A stretch of 64,000 bases of DNA, taken from assembly GCA_963737635.1 (NCBI GenBank), contig CAVTTL010000001.1, positions 768,001 through 832,000 on the forward strand. The letters run 5' to 3'. The position numbers and the translations under genes are program-made. How positions within the stretch are numbered: the first letter of the stretch is position 1; each line of letters opens with the position of its first letter. The notes beneath the pieces are model-generated. The model saw nothing but the letters and a program-made list of their open reading frames with translations. It made no database searches and had not been told where the DNA came from. Below, in pieces: positions 22,294 through 33,417 of the stretch. This DNA is from an uncultured Methanoregulaceae archaeon. GTDB taxonomy: Archaea; Halobacteriota; Methanomicrobia; Methanomicrobiales; Methanospirillaceae.

Positions 22294-23139
22294 ATGAAAG
22301 TGATTAGCACAGAAAAATCCCAGATTCTTGCCGCCCGTATCGCCACCGCGTTGAACACGGCTCTAGTCGATGTGAAATTTTCGCGGTTTCCTGACGGCGA
22401 ACTGTACCTTGCCGGCGGTAAACTTGACGCCGAGACCGTCATTGTCGGGAGCATCACTGACAGCGACGCGCTCGTCCAGCTGCTCCTCCTGATCGACGCG
22501 TGCGAGGGTTCACAAAACCACCTTGTACTTCCATATATGGGATATGCCCGCCAAGACAAACGATTCCGGGATGGGGAACCGATCAGCGCCCGGGCCATAG
22601 CCGGGATTTTCGGGAAAGGGATAACAGACTGCATTACGGTCAATATCCATGAGCCGGCAGTGCTTGGCTATTTCAACGTACCTGCCACCAATATTTCGCT
22701 TGCCAAAGACATAGGAACATGTATCAGATCCATGGACCTGTCTGATCCCTTGGTGCTCGCACCCGATGACGGGGCACTTGCTTTTGCACAAAGTGTCGCT
22801 TCCGTGGGAGGATGGGACTGCGACCACCTCGAAAAAACCCGGCTCTCGGGTATCGAAGTGAGGATGGCACCAAAGAAACTTTGTGCTGCCTCGCGTCCCG
22901 TGGTTATCGTTGATGATATTATCTCAACCGGGGTGACCATAGCTACGGCGACGAATATGCTTTACCAGCAGGGAGCAACTGATGTCTACGCGGCATGTGT
23001 CCATGGAGTGCTGATCGGTGGTGCCTATGCTCACCTGAAGGCGGGTGGGATCCGGGATGTATTCTGCAGTGATACCATTGAACGCGGATGCAGCCGGCTT
23101 TCTGCGGCAGAGAGTATAGCTGCTGCCTTGAGGGGTTGA
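22294..23139 (+). CDS. prs: Ribose-phosphate diphosphokinase
   Basis: FPDGE, PYMGYARQD, IVDDIISTG. Confidence 0.95.
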   Translation: MKVISTEKSQILAARIATALNTALVDVKFSRFPDGELYLAGGKLDAETVIVGSITDSDALVQLLLLIDACEGSQNHLVLPYMGYARQDKRFRDGEPISARAIAGIFGKGITDCITVNIHEPAVLGYFNVPATNISLAKDIGTCIRSMDLSDPLVLAPDDGALAFAQSVASVGGWDCDHLEKTRLSGIEVRMAPKKLCAASRPVVIVDDIISTGVTIATATNMLYQQGATDVYAACVHGVLIGGAYAHLKAGGIRDVFCSDTIERGCSRLSAAESIAAALRG

Positions 23140-23181
23140 CCCACAAATCCGGGCATTTTCCGGCACAGATGCGTACCGATC

Positions 23182-23637
23182 ATGAAATACATTCTCGATG
23201 CAACCGTTTTTTTTGCAGATTACCCGGTGACCGGGGAATGCTACACGACACCGTCCGTAGTTGCCGAGCTCCTCGATATGAAAAGCAAGGTTCGGTATGA
23301 CCTGCTTACCGATGCCGGGCTCCAGGTGTGTTTGCCGGACGTTAATGAACGTGCCCGGGTCCGGGCTGCCGCAGAGAAATCCGGAGATCTTCCGGTTCTC
23401 TCCGGAACCGATTGTGACATCCTTGCCCTTGCCGGAGAACTGGGGGCGACCATCCTCACAGATGACTTTGCGATCCAGAACGTGGCCCTTGGCATTGGAA
23501 TTCCCGTTCAGTCGCTCCAACAGCGGCCGGCAAAAAAGATCCGCTGGAAATTCCGGTGCAGCGGCTGCGGCCGCTACTTCAAGAGCGACGGAGAATGCCC
23601 GGTCTGCGGCTCAACTATTAAAAGAAAACTTAAATAG
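23182..23637 (+). CDS. nob1: NOB1 family PIN/Zn-ribbon endonuclease
   Basis: [22 protein letters not shown]...CPVCG. Confidence 0.92.
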   Translation: MKYILDATVFFADYPVTGECYTTPSVVAELLDMKSKVRYDLLTDAGLQVCLPDVNERARVRAAAEKSGDLPVLSGTDCDILALAGELGATILTDDFAIQNVALGIGIPVQSLQQRPAKKIRWKFRCSGCGRYFKSDGECPVCGSTIKRKLK

Positions 23638-23657
23638 ATTACCACAAATCTTTTTGC

Positions 23658-24263
23658 ATGTCATCCCTTGACGATCTGATAGCCCGGGCAAAACTCCTTT
23701 TATCCGAGGGCCACAGCCCCGGCCAGATTGCAGACGAGCTCTCACTCTCGATGGAAACAGTAACCTGGCTCCTGACCCAGGCAAATGGCGGGGCGGCAGC
23801 GCCAAAGGACGTCCATATCGATTGGACGGCGGTAAGCAGCCAGGCTCCGCTGCTCGACGGGATCGCCCTGATGCTTATGAACCGATATTACGGCGGGCAG
23901 AAGGACCCGGTGCTAGCATCCGCGAATGTTATCGTGGGAATTGCCCTTTCCGGTATCCCTCTTGCCACGGTCATCTCGGTTCAGGAAGCAGCACAGCTTG
24001 CTATCTACCATCCTTCAAAACAGAACACAAGCGATCACCCGGTCGGGTCGATTAGCGGGAACTTCGCTCCTGTTGCAAAGGAGCGCTGTATCATTGTTGA
24101 TGACGTAATCACTTCTGGGAACACCATGCGGGAGGTCGTCAAGTACCTTAAGAAACACGGTGCAGTACCGGTTGCAATCTGGGTCATTTTCGATAAGCGC
24201 GGCATCAGGGATATCGATGGTGTGCCGGTCTATTCACTCTTCAAAATATCCCGCATTGACTGA
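23658..24263 (+). CDS. Orotate phosphoribosyltransferase-like protein with N-terminal HTH (GfcR-like)
   Basis: [33 protein letters not shown]. Confidence 0.88.
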   Translation: MSSLDDLIARAKLLLSEGHSPGQIADELSLSMETVTWLLTQANGGAAAPKDVHIDWTAVSSQAPLLDGIALMLMNRYYGGQKDPVLASANVIVGIALSGIPLATVISVQEAAQLAIYHPSKQNTSDHPVGSISGNFAPVAKERCIIVDDVITSGNTMREVVKYLKKHGAVPVAIWVIFDKRGIRDIDGVPVYSLFKISRID

Positions 24264-24344
24264 CTATTTATTTTCTGGAGAACCCTTTGAGAATAATATA
24301 TATAGAAGTTCAATTCCACCTTTTACAGCATTAGAGGATCACCT

Positions 24345-25940
24345 ATGTTATCTGGTCAACCTATCATCATCCTAAGAGATAATGTGGAACGCAACACCGG
24401 CAAGGAGGCGCAGCGTTCAAATATTATGGCTGCAAAAGCGATCGCCGGTGCGGTCCGGACAACGCTTGGCCCCCGGGGCATGGATAAGATGCTCGTCGGT
24501 TCTACCGGCGACATTGTCATCACCAACGACGGGGCGACAATATTGCAGGAGATCTCAGTTCAGCACCCCGGTGCGAAGATGGTCATCGAAGTAGCAAAGA
24601 CGCAGGATGACGAAGTCGGGGACGGAACTACCACAGCCGTGGTCATTGCCGGCTCGCTGATGGAGCAGGCAGAGACCTTGTTGGAACAGGGTATCCACCC
24701 GACAGTGATCGCGCAGGGTTACCGCCTGGGCATGCAAAAGGCGCTCGAGATCACCGACTCGCTCTCCTTAAAGGTAGATCCCAAGGACAGAAAGACACTG
24801 GTCAAGATTGCTGATACCGCTATTACCGGCAAGTCAATCGAGTCGGTCAAGGGAAAACTTGATGGGATTATCGTAGATGCCGTAATGGGCATCGCAGAGA
24901 AGGTCAACGGCAAGTACCTTGCCGATGAAGACGACGTAATGATCAAGAAACAGAAGGGCAGGGCAATGGATGACGCCGAGCTCGTCCGCGGTGTTATCCT
25001 CGACAAAAAGCGAATAAGCGAAGATATGCCAAAGAAGGTTACGGGAGCCAAGGTGGCACTTATTGCAACGCCCATGGAGATTACGAAGACCCAAGTAAAG
25101 GCGAAGATCAAGATCACGACTGCAGACCAGATTGCCGCCTTCTCTGAGCAGGAACGGGCGACTCTAAAGAGACTCGCCGACGCCATCGTAGATGCCGGCG
25201 CAAACGTCGTATTGTGTCAGAAGGGCATCGCCGACCCGGTCCAGTTCTTCCTTGCCAAGAACGGCATATATGCCGTTGAGGATGTCCCGGAAAAGGACCT
25301 CAAGTACGCCGCCCGGGCGCTGAATGCAAATATCGTCAACAAGCCCGAGGATCTGAACGCAAAGGATCTCGGCCATGCAGAGGTTGTCGAAGAGGACAAC
25401 GATACCGACATCACCCGGATCTCCGGCTGCAAGAATCCCAAGACGATCACTATCCTCCTCCGCGGCACAAGTGACTATCTGCTCGACGAGCTCGAGCGTG
25501 CAGTGGTCGACGGCACCCGCGTGGTCATGGACGCAATTGAGGATGGCACCTACGTCGTCGGTGGCGGCGCAGTCGAGACCGAGCTCCTGATGAAGATCAG
25601 GGATTACGCCGAAAGCGTTGGCGGCCGGGTGCAGCTGGCAATAGAGGGATATGCGAAGGCTTTTGAGACCATCCCCCGTACCCTTGCAGAAAATTCCGGG
25701 TACAACCCTATAGATAAGCTCGTAGCGCTCAAGAATGCCCATGCAAAGGGCAAAAAGAACGCCGGTCTCAATGTCTACAATGGCGAGATCATTGATATGT
25801 TTGAAGAGGGCGTTCTTGAACCACTCAGATCAAAGCGCCAATCGATCGAGAGTGCATCCGAGACTGCCATTATGTTAATCCGTGTCGACGACATGATGAT
25901 CACGCAGTCCAAGGCCCCAACTGCCCCACCCATGGGGTAA
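24345..25940 (+). CDS. ths: Thermosome (group II chaperonin) subunit
   Basis: [25 protein letters not shown]. Confidence 0.97.
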   Translation: MLSGQPIIILRDNVERNTGKEAQRSNIMAAKAIAGAVRTTLGPRGMDKMLVGSTGDIVITNDGATILQEISVQHPGAKMVIEVAKTQDDEVGDGTTTAVVIAGSLMEQAETLLEQGIHPTVIAQGYRLGMQKALEITDSLSLKVDPKDRKTLVKIADTAITGKSIESVKGKLDGIIVDAVMGIAEKVNGKYLADEDDVMIKKQKGRAMDDAELVRGVILDKKRISEDMPKKVTGAKVALIATPMEITKTQVKAKIKITTADQIAAFSEQERATLKRLADAIVDAGANVVLCQKGIADPVQFFLAKNGIYAVEDVPEKDLKYAARALNANIVNKPEDLNAKDLGHAEVVEEDNDTDITRISGCKNPKTITILLRGTSDYLLDELERAVVDGTRVVMDAIEDGTYVVGGGAVETELLMKIRDYAESVGGRVQLAIEGYAKAFETIPRTLAENSGYNPIDKLVALKNAHAKGKKNAGLNVYNGEIIDMFEEGVLEPLRSKRQSIESASETAIMLIRVDDMMITQSKAPTAPPMG

Positions 25941-26077
25941 TCCCGGTCAACTCCCAGCCTCTTTTTAGTGGTTTATTTTTCTTCCCTTCGGTGTGTTAAA
26001 TTTTCGATGCTGACGCCGGGTGGGACTGGCAGGGATAACTATTAGTGGAATCGCAAAGAAAATGATCTGAACCGGGT

Positions 26078-26162
26078 GCCGAGGTAGTCTAGCCCGGGAA
26101 GGCGGTAGCCTCGAAAGCTACTGGCGCTTCGCGCCTCGGGAGTTCAAATCTCCCCCTCGGCG
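26078..26162 (+). tRNA. tRNA-Ser(CGA)
   Basis: GCCGAGG...CCTCGGC acceptor stem, anticodon arm GTAGC-CTCGAAA-GCTAC, long variable arm, T-loop TTCAAAT; no encoded CCA. Confidence 0.95.
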
Positions 26163-26379
26163 TAGTCAAATCATGTCCGTCATCCAGAGAGATGACAACT
26201 TTTCTCATTCATTTCCGAAAAGTAATGAGTACGAACCGGATGTAAAACCGGAAAAGACCATTTTCATTAAAATACGCTTGCATAATCGTATGGGACTGCA
26301 GCCAAGACGTGGACAGGAGGAGAGAATGTATATATATTATTTAGATAAAGTATATATCAAATAGAAAAACTCTATTCCC

Positions 26380-27096
26380 ATGGTTCACACAGTTGCACAC
26401 TGGACGGAGGCGACGCATGTCGACCTTACCGATATCGCGGCACTCCGTATGGGCTTGTCCCGCTCTCACCGGGAAGTGCTCCGCCGCAGTGTCATGGTTC
26501 CTGACAGCTGGGGAATGTTTGACAAAATACGTCACTATATGCCACTCTGCTCTATGTTTGCAGGTGAACTGACACGGGATGCAATCTCTACAGCGCAATC
26601 TCCCGTCCAGGAAGAGATTGGCCTTGAGAAACTCGGCCATGCGATGCACTTCCTGCAGGACGCGGGAAATCCCTGGCATGCGCGTCCTCTCCTCCCAACA
26701 TGCCAGAAAAACCATACCATTTATGAAGAATACGTCGCGGGCAACATGAGAGCGGGATTGTGCTTTCGCCGCGCCCTTATGGATACACCGGACAAATGGC
26801 TTCTTCACTCCCAGTTTACGCAGCGGATCGGCGATGGTGCCGCCTACCTCGCCCGGCAGGCTGTAAAGAAATTTCCCATGCTTGATGCATGCATCCGCAC
26901 TGACCCGGCATGGCAGGAGAACGAAGAGGTCGCCAGAGTAACCCTTGCTCTCCTGACCGCATGTCTGCAGATGTGCGAGACCCAGATCCATTCATTTTCG
27001 ATCCGGGCGGAATCGCAGGTTGTACGCCCGATCCACCTGCCAATCGCGGTGACCTGGACATTCCTTGGATCCGATGAGCGGAGACTAACAACCTGA
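26380..27096 (+). CDS. Zn-dependent phospholipase C / S1-P1 nuclease fold protein
   Basis: N-terminal W..ATH, PD, LGHAMHFLQDAGNPWH, HTIYE metal-ligand pattern; no obvious signal peptide. Confidence 0.75.
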   Translation: MVHTVAHWTEATHVDLTDIAALRMGLSRSHREVLRRSVMVPDSWGMFDKIRHYMPLCSMFAGELTRDAISTAQSPVQEEIGLEKLGHAMHFLQDAGNPWHARPLLPTCQKNHTIYEEYVAGNMRAGLCFRRALMDTPDKWLLHSQFTQRIGDGAAYLARQAVKKFPMLDACIRTDPAWQENEEVARVTLALLTACLQMCETQIHSFSIRAESQVVRPIHLPIAVTWTFLGSDERRLTT

Positions 27097-27139
27097 TACA
27101 CAAAACAGACCGGGTTATTGCCACGAGGAGTTGAGACAG

Positions 27140-28225
27140 ATGGGATCAGTGTTTGTATCGCCCCTGAACTGGGGGCTGGGCCATGCGTCGCGGGATATGC
27201 CAATCATCCACGAGCTGCACCGTCGCGGGCATGAGGTCACCATCGGCGCGAGCGGAAATGCACTTGCATTCCTGAAAAAAGAATGCCCGCAGTGCAGGTT
27301 TATCGAGTTTGAGGATTATCCTATCCCCCACAACAACGGGCGGATCTTCCTGCCGACGTATACTGCCTATATCCCCATCCTTATTCAAGCCTACCTGTCG
27401 GAGCGTAAAAAAGCAGAAAAAATATTTTCAAAAAACACGTTCGATCTCATCATCAGCGATTCCCGTTCCGGCGTTTTTTCCGAGAGTGTACCTTCGATCC
27501 AGATCACCCACCAGCTGCACCAGAGCCTTCCTTTGATTGCGTGGCCGCTCGAACTACTTGGCGTGTACGTGCAGGCCGATGCCTTTTCTAAGTTTGCCAG
27601 AATCATCGTACCCGATAATCCTCCGGACCGGGGGGCACTTGCAGGAAAACTATCCCGGACTTTTGTCCCGGCACTCGACGAACATATTTACCATTGCGGA
27701 ATCCTTGCAAGTGTCCGCAAGGAACCGGTCAAAAAAGACATCGATTATCTGATCGTTATCTCAGGTATGGAACCCCAGCGTACAGTGCTCGAAAAAATTC
27801 TCATGCGGCAGTTATCACATCTCCCCGGCAGGAAAGTAGTCCTGCTTGGAAAACCGGCCGTGGATCAGATCAGCACGCTGGATGATGGGACAGAGATCTA
27901 TTCATTCATCTCCAGCCGGGAAAAATCGTCGCTCATGTCGCGGGCCCGGTTTATCATATGCCGGTCCGGCTATACCACCATGATGGATATCGCCGAAGCA
28001 GGATTGAAACGCGGGCTCTTTATTCCGACTCCGGGCCAGTGGGAGCAGGAATACCTCTCCCGGTATTATGAGGACGAAGGATGGTTTTTCTCCCGGAGCC
28101 AGTATGGGCTCCGGCTTGCCAGGGACATAAAGAAAGCGAGCGGATTCACCGGATTTCCTGAAATGACCACCACAGATGAGAATGTCCGGCGGCTGTACCG
28201 GAACGTGTTATCAGAATATCTCTGA
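27140..28225 (+). CDS. GT-B glycosyltransferase (GT28 C-terminal / MJ1255-like)
   Basis: WGLGHASR, DLIISD, CRSGYTTMMD, PTPGQWEQEYL. Confidence 0.88.
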   Translation: MGSVFVSPLNWGLGHASRDMPIIHELHRRGHEVTIGASGNALAFLKKECPQCRFIEFEDYPIPHNNGRIFLPTYTAYIPILIQAYLSERKKAEKIFSKNTFDLIISDSRSGVFSESVPSIQITHQLHQSLPLIAWPLELLGVYVQADAFSKFARIIVPDNPPDRGALAGKLSRTFVPALDEHIYHCGILASVRKEPVKKDIDYLIVISGMEPQRTVLEKILMRQLSHLPGRKVVLLGKPAVDQISTLDDGTEIYSFISSREKSSLMSRARFIICRSGYTTMMDIAEAGLKRGLFIPTPGQWEQEYLSRYYEDEGWFFSRSQYGLRLARDIKKASGFTGFPEMTTTDENVRRLYRNVLSEYL

Positions 28226-28246
28226 AACCAGAGAGGAGAGACTACT

Positions 28247-28540
28247 ATGCAAAAAAGCCGAGGCGAAAACAATCATAAGGATCTGTCCGGGGGAGAGCCG
28301 GTGGCACTGGTCTCCCAAACGATCGATAAACTTGCTCTCACTTGGAGCATCGGCATTGGTATCGGTTACGCATTCCTGATCTTCTTCGTCTTCTGGATTG
28401 GGTATCGGTGTTTCCTCATCTACGGTGCCTACCAGGCAGGCGATTACACCTTCATCGCATCAGAACTGAAAACCGATCTTCTGATCAGCGCCGGTTATTT
28501 TGGTATCGCCATCCTCCTCCGGAAAATGGGCTCCATCTGA
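28247..28540 (+). CDS. Small membrane protein
   Basis: Two hydrophobic segments; RBS AGGAGA. Confidence 0.6.
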   Translation: MQKSRGENNHKDLSGGEPVALVSQTIDKLALTWSIGIGIGYAFLIFFVFWIGYRCFLIYGAYQAGDYTFIASELKTDLLISAGYFGIAILLRKMGSI

Positions 28541-28672
28541 GATGCCCGGGGGGGCAATGTTTCAGGCAATCTCGTTTCCTCCTGTTTTTAATATATATTT
28601 TACCATTAGAACTATATAGTTTTGAGCTGATATACTGATAGGAATGGTACAACCCTTCCAGGAGTAATCTTC

Positions 28673-28972
28673 ATGTTCAGTTCGTCGAGGATCCACCAAG
28701 AGCAGATAAGGAACGTTGCTCAGAGCCTGAAAGCACCCTACCTGATGCGCAAGGCAGATTCCTGTGTTTCCGGCACTACCACAACCAGTACACAGAGAAA
28801 ACGACCGGAACCAGGTAGCACTGTCACGATCCAGTGCCAGAGATCCCCGGGGCTGCCGCCATCCCCCGCCATGCGGTGCCCCCGGTGCAGTGCCCGCGTG
28901 CCGGAGATGGATTTTCTGTATACGCAAAAGACGGGCCTCTGCATTCCCTGCTGGGAAAAGCAGGAGGTATAA
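28673..28972 (+). CDS. Small Zn-finger-like protein
   Basis: CPRC...CIPC; start uncertain. Confidence 0.5.
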   Translation: MFSSSRIHQEQIRNVAQSLKAPYLMRKADSCVSGTTTTSTQRKRPEPGSTVTIQCQRSPGLPPSPAMRCPRCSARVPEMDFLYTQKTGLCIPCWEKQEV

Positions 28973-28973
28973 C

Positions 28974-29150
28974 ATGTCAATGAAAAAAAGAAAGACAGAA
29001 AAAATCCTGACTCCAAAATCTGAAAAATCCCCTGTCCCTTCAGCGCGTCAACGATCCCGTTCCCGTCCTGAAAGCCTCGGCAGGTCAGTAGGGGCCCTGC
29101 TGGTGAAGGTAAAAACATATTTTGCACCGGCAAAAACGGCAGAAGCCTAA
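28974..29150 (+). CDS. Small basic hypothetical protein
   Basis: RBS GGAGGT then ATG; Lys/Arg/Ser-rich. Confidence 0.4.
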   Translation: MSMKKRKTEKILTPKSEKSPVPSARQRSRSRPESLGRSVGALLVKVKTYFAPAKTAEA

Positions 29151-29223
29151 AAAAGAGTTCCGGCCCAGAGGATCGGTAAAAATTGAACAAACATTTTTGG
29201 CAGGTCCTTGATCGGGAGGGATC

Positions 29224-30258
29224 TTATTTTCCCGCCGGCCTGCGTCGCAGTGACTGGTCTTCTTCGACGATATAATTGATCACGTTCTCGGCGATATCGG
29301 CGGCGTATTCTCCCGCCCTGCGGATACTCTCGGCAATATAGCTGACCGAGATCGCCGTGACCGTCTCCTGTTTAAAGGCCATATTACTGATATCGCCGCA
29401 GATATGTTCCAAGGCCGCGACCGACTCGATAGTCTTGTGGGCCTCCCGGATATCGGCATTGAAAAACGATATGATACTCTTGTCAAAGATCTGCATGGAT
29501 AGGACACTTGCTTTCTTGAGCGCGTCCACGATCTTTGGGTCGAGATCGGCATCCAGGACCGGCCGGGCATTCTCGGCGATCCGGACGGCATGGTCGCCGA
29601 TTCGTTCGATGATCCTGCCGATCAGGTGATAATACATGGCCATGCCCACCGATACCTCCATCTTCCGGGAGAGAGACGGGTTCTGCATGATCATATTGGT
29701 CTGGCGGGCGATCAGCCAGTTGAGCCGGTCCGAGTCCATATCACGGTTGATCACGTCTGTGGCAAGGGTATGGTTGTGTTTCTCAAGCGCTGCGATCGCA
29801 TCTTCGTGCATGTTCCTCACGATCACAAACATACGCTTGATGGTGTTGTCAAACGGCATCTCGGACGGGTTGAGGAGGTCTTTTATCATGATGAGCGTGT
29901 CGGTCTCTTCGACAACTTCCTGGCCGATAGTCATCTGCGTGAAATCCCGGACGACCGTTCGGACAAACGGCGGAAACCGCTGTTTCGAACTGATCCGGAT
30001 CGTCGTGAAACCCGTGATGTAGGTCCCGATCAGGATCCGGAAGAGAAACGACGGATCGGTGATGTGACCGATGTCGATCTCTTTGACACGCTGGACCGGT
30101 TCCTCCGTGGTTTTCTTCGTGACCAGGAGTGTTCCGTCAGCCTGCGTGATCAGGCCCACCGGATCGTTCTTCTTGATGCGCATCTCCTGGACCCAGTCCT
30201 TGGGTAGCGTTACTACAAATGATGACCCCCCCGTCATCTGTACACGGCGTAATTCCAT
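29224..30258 (-). CDS. phoU: Archaeal phosphate uptake regulator (AbrB-like DNA-binding domain plus PhoU repeats)
   Basis: RRVQMTGGSSFVVTLPKDW; IERIGDHAVRIAE; IRRAGEYAADIAE. Confidence 0.93.
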   Translation of the reverse strand: MELRRVQMTGGSSFVVTLPKDWVQEMRIKKNDPVGLITQADGTLLVTKKTTEEPVQRVKEIDIGHITDPSFLFRILIGTYITGFTTIRISSKQRFPPFVRTVVRDFTQMTIGQEVVEETDTLIMIKDLLNPSEMPFDNTIKRMFVIVRNMHEDAIAALEKHNHTLATDVINRDMDSDRLNWLIARQTNMIMQNPSLSRKMEVSVGMAMYYHLIGRIIERIGDHAVRIAENARPVLDADLDPKIVDALKKASVLSMQIFDKSIISFFNADIREAHKTIESVAALEHICGDISNMAFKQETVTAISVSYIAESIRRAGEYAADIAENVINYIVEEDQSLRRRPAGK

Positions 30259-30422
30259 CTCTGTTTCCCTCCTGATGAATAGAGCAATATGATGAATATG
30301 CTTATCTCTATTTTTTCTCTTCTAGCATATATACCTGTATATTCTATGGCGAAAAACTGTATGTAATCATCGGTTAATATTTGCCTTGAAATCAAAAGCG
30401 GTGAACAGGTGGAGGGGCAGAT

Positions 30423-30927
30423 GTGAAAAACAAAACAGTGATATTTGTCTGCTCGTTTAATTCGGTCAGATCCCCCATCGCAGAAGGGCTTCTCCACCAC
30501 CGGGAAGATGGACCACAGTACACGGTTTGTTCTGCCGGTATAGCACCGATACGGGTACGCCCCTGCGCCGTCACGGTCATGCAGGAGATGAAGATAGATA
30601 TTTCAGGCCATATTCCTGCGTCACTGTACCAGTACCCGGAATACTCATTTTGATTACGTAGTCACGCTCTGCGATAATGTCCGGACAACTGCTCAGGACG
30701 TATTGCAGGGAGGGGACAGGTTTTTTCACCGGAACTTTGTTACCCCCCAGGAGATCGGAAAGACTCACGAAGAAATCCTCCCGGAATACCGGAAACTGCG
30801 GGATGAGATTGGGGTATGGCTCTCCGAGATTTTCCCGATAGAAACCCCGAACCAGGACAATAGTAATGGCGGAAAAATCCCGGATCGCACCATGATCCCG
30901 CTCGCAGTCGGGTTGGGAACATTGTAA
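30423..30927 (+). CDS. arsC: ArsC / low-molecular-weight phosphatase family protein, frameshift in T-run near 30650
   Basis: FVCSFNSVRS P-loop, SAG, then FDYVVTLCD and RDEI in the second frame. Confidence 0.75.
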
Positions 30928-30966
30928 AAGGCGAACAGGAAAAACAAGGATGAAAAGAGCGCGTTT

Positions 30967-31197
30967 ATGACCTATACATCATCATCGAATATGCTCAACC
31001 TCGATGGTCCGCTCATCCAGATATTCCTTGGATTCCTGCTTGCCATCATCGGGTGCGTAGTCATGATCAGCGCACCGGAATACGCAGAGGTATCGTATCT
31101 CCTGTTCCTCATTGCCGGCGTTCTGGTTGCCCTCAGCTATGATCTTTCTTGCCGGGGCCTGAAAAAAATGATGGTAAAAATAGAGGTTTTCAAATAA
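30967..31197 (+). CDS. Small membrane protein
   Basis: Two TM segments. Confidence 0.55.
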   Translation: MTYTSSSNMLNLDGPLIQIFLGFLLAIIGCVVMISAPEYAEVSYLLFLIAGVLVALSYDLSCRGLKKMMVKIEVFK

Positions 31198-31297
31198 ATA
31201 TATACCTTCAAATGATGACTATGTAGATAGTGCCAGAGGTGCAGCTGGCCGACCTGACCGGCGCACATCCTCAAAAAACACTATCCGTGAGGAAAGC

Positions 31298-31816
31298 ATG
31301 TATCGGCTGACGGCAAAATTAACCACAAATCCCATAAACCAGAGCGGACTGATTGCCGGTGCAATCGGTGGGGAATCCATCGTACTTGTCGTTCTGGTCA
31401 ATACCCTTCTTCTCAAGTCCTTTGCACAGAATAATCTCCCTCTGAGCGATCCAAAGGTACTTGCCTGGAACACCATCTATCCGTTTCTCATTATAGCTAT
31501 TTTTGAAGGCTGGGGTGTGTTTGCCGCATGGCTGAGTATATCCCAGATGAAAACCAGGAACGATGCGTTTCTCGCCGGGTTTATTGCCGGTATCGTAATA
31601 GGGATCCTTCTTGAAGTGATGTGGGTAGCACAGCTCATCAGCATGATTTCCCATCAATTAAGCCAGTACACCGGTTTTTCCATGGGATACGGTAACACTA
31701 TCGTTACCATTGCAGTCCTGATGATTTTTGTAGTCCTGGGGGGGATACTCTCAGGATTTGGCTCGTACATCTTCTACCTATTCAGATCGTCACCGGAGAT
31801 TCAGGCGCATGCATGA
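31298..31816 (+). CDS. Four-TM membrane protein
   Basis: Hydrophobic helices, AGFIAGIVIG pattern. Confidence 0.65.
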   Translation: MYRLTAKLTTNPINQSGLIAGAIGGESIVLVVLVNTLLLKSFAQNNLPLSDPKVLAWNTIYPFLIIAIFEGWGVFAAWLSISQMKTRNDAFLAGFIAGIVIGILLEVMWVAQLISMISHQLSQYTGFSMGYGNTIVTIAVLMIFVVLGGILSGFGSYIFYLFRSSPEIQAHA

Positions 31817-32136
31817 GGCGATTTTGTACGATCGAACAGCTGCCGGGGGAAAAGGTGCCGAGGGGCTCCCTCTGTCTGTTTTACTATATAGAAATTATTT
31901 TAAGTATATACCCCAAGTACAAACTATGTGCTTATGCATCCAGCCTTACCGGCACAACACCGCCCGTTGCCTTGACAAAGAGGTTCCCGAAGGTGACGGC
32001 AGACAGGCAGAAGAGGAGCGGCTGCCCAAAGGAACCGACAGTATGACGGATAACCTGGGTCTGACGTATATCGCAGTCAGGAATTGCGACCTCGAACGAT
32101 TCAGTGTCAAGTGATCGTTAAAGAATGTGATGAGCC

Positions 32137-32352
32137 ATGCAATGCCAGATGGAAACGCCGGAACAGGTCCCGGGGCGTAGTGTCCTTGTGGACGTTTTTG
32201 AACGTATTCGTCATAACTACGGTTCTTTAGCGTCCCCTGACCCCGATGATCTGCAGGGACTGCGGGAGTGGGTTGCTGCAAAGCGGATCCACGAGATAAA
32301 AACCAAAGAAAATCACATCCGGATGTATTCCGCCCCGTGGCGGATAGGATAA
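32137..32352 (+). CDS. Small hypothetical protein
   Basis: 71-aa ORF, no recognised motif. Confidence 0.35.
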   Translation: MQCQMETPEQVPGRSVLVDVFERIRHNYGSLASPDPDDLQGLREWVAAKRIHEIKTKENHIRMYSAPWRIG

Positions 32353-32464
32353 CAGAAGGCTTTTGGGTGAATACACTGGCGGGCCGTGTTCTAAAAAAAG
32401 AATCTGTGGGGGATTTGCGTGGTGCAAATCATGAAACATGTCAAGAAGACATCTCTTCTTGATA

Positions 32465-32491
32465 ATCTATAATTTGAATCTAATCTCTATA
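32465..32491 (+). promoter_or_regulatory. Candidate bipartite operator ATCTATAATT-N8-ATCTCTATA upstream of the pilC operon
   Basis: 22/27 identical to the reverse complement of 41644-41670. Confidence 0.55.
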
Positions 32492-32508
32492 AATATCTTT
32501 CGATAACT

Positions 32509-33411
32509 ATGGCTGCGGAAACGGAGAGTTTTGATAAGTTTTTTGAGATGTACAAGCGTTTCTGCTATATTTTCGGACGTTCTTTCGATCGTAACCCGAG
32601 CCGGGATATCATCAAACTCATCTACCAGGCTGACCTCGAAATGACGCCGGGCATGTTCACGTCCCTGTGGATCGTGACCACCATTCTCGTCGGATTTCTT
32701 ATGATTGTCGTGGCCTCGGTCATCTTCCTGCTTCCCCAAAGCCCGTTTTCCGTACCGGATCCCGCACCCTTTATCCTGCTGTTCGCTTTGATCGGGGCCG
32801 CTGCAATCGCTATCGGCTTTCCTTTTTACCTGCAAAACCAGATCGAGAATAAGAAACGGGATATCGATACCCAGATTCCCTATGCCCTTGCCTTCATGTC
32901 TATCCTTGCCAGTTCCGGCGCAACGCCGCTTGATATTATCAGGAGAATTGCGCGGGAAGAGTACGGGCAGATCTCCAACGAATTCCGCAAAGTGCTTTTC
33001 CGCGTGGATGTGCTGGGGGAGGACGTGGTCACCGCGATGAACGGGTTGGTACAGAATACGCCGTCGGATCTGTTCCGGGATATCTGTATCGATATAACCA
33101 ATATCATCTACGGCGGGGGAGGGCTCAAGACCTACCTTGAGACAAAATCAAAAGAACTCATGGCAATCCGGCGCCAGACTTACAAGGAGTTTGTGGAATC
33201 GCTTGCTGTATTCGGGGAAGGATATCTTGGGGGCGTAGTGATGACGATCACCCTTGCCGTGCTTGGTGTCGTGATCTCCGGTGCATTAGGTATCCAGCTG
33301 GGACCGTTTTCTGCGCATGATTTGTTCAACTATCTGATCTACCTGCTGATCCCGCTCATCAACATTGTCTTCCTGCAGATGCTGGCAGTGAAATATTCGA
33401 CAAATCCCTGA
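32509..33411 (+). CDS. Type II/IV secretion system F-family platform protein (PilC/TadC-like) 1
   Basis: IDTQIPYALAFMSILASSG...YGQISNEF...TPS. Confidence 0.9.
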   Translation: MAAETESFDKFFEMYKRFCYIFGRSFDRNPSRDIIKLIYQADLEMTPGMFTSLWIVTTILVGFLMIVVASVIFLLPQSPFSVPDPAPFILLFALIGAAAIAIGFPFYLQNQIENKKRDIDTQIPYALAFMSILASSGATPLDIIRRIAREEYGQISNEFRKVLFRVDVLGEDVVTAMNGLVQNTPSDLFRDICIDITNIIYGGGGLKTYLETKSKELMAIRRQTYKEFVESLAVFGEGYLGGVVMTITLAVLGVVISGALGIQLGPFSAHDLFNYLIYLLIPLINIVFLQMLAVKYSTNP

Positions 33412-33417
33412 TCTGCC

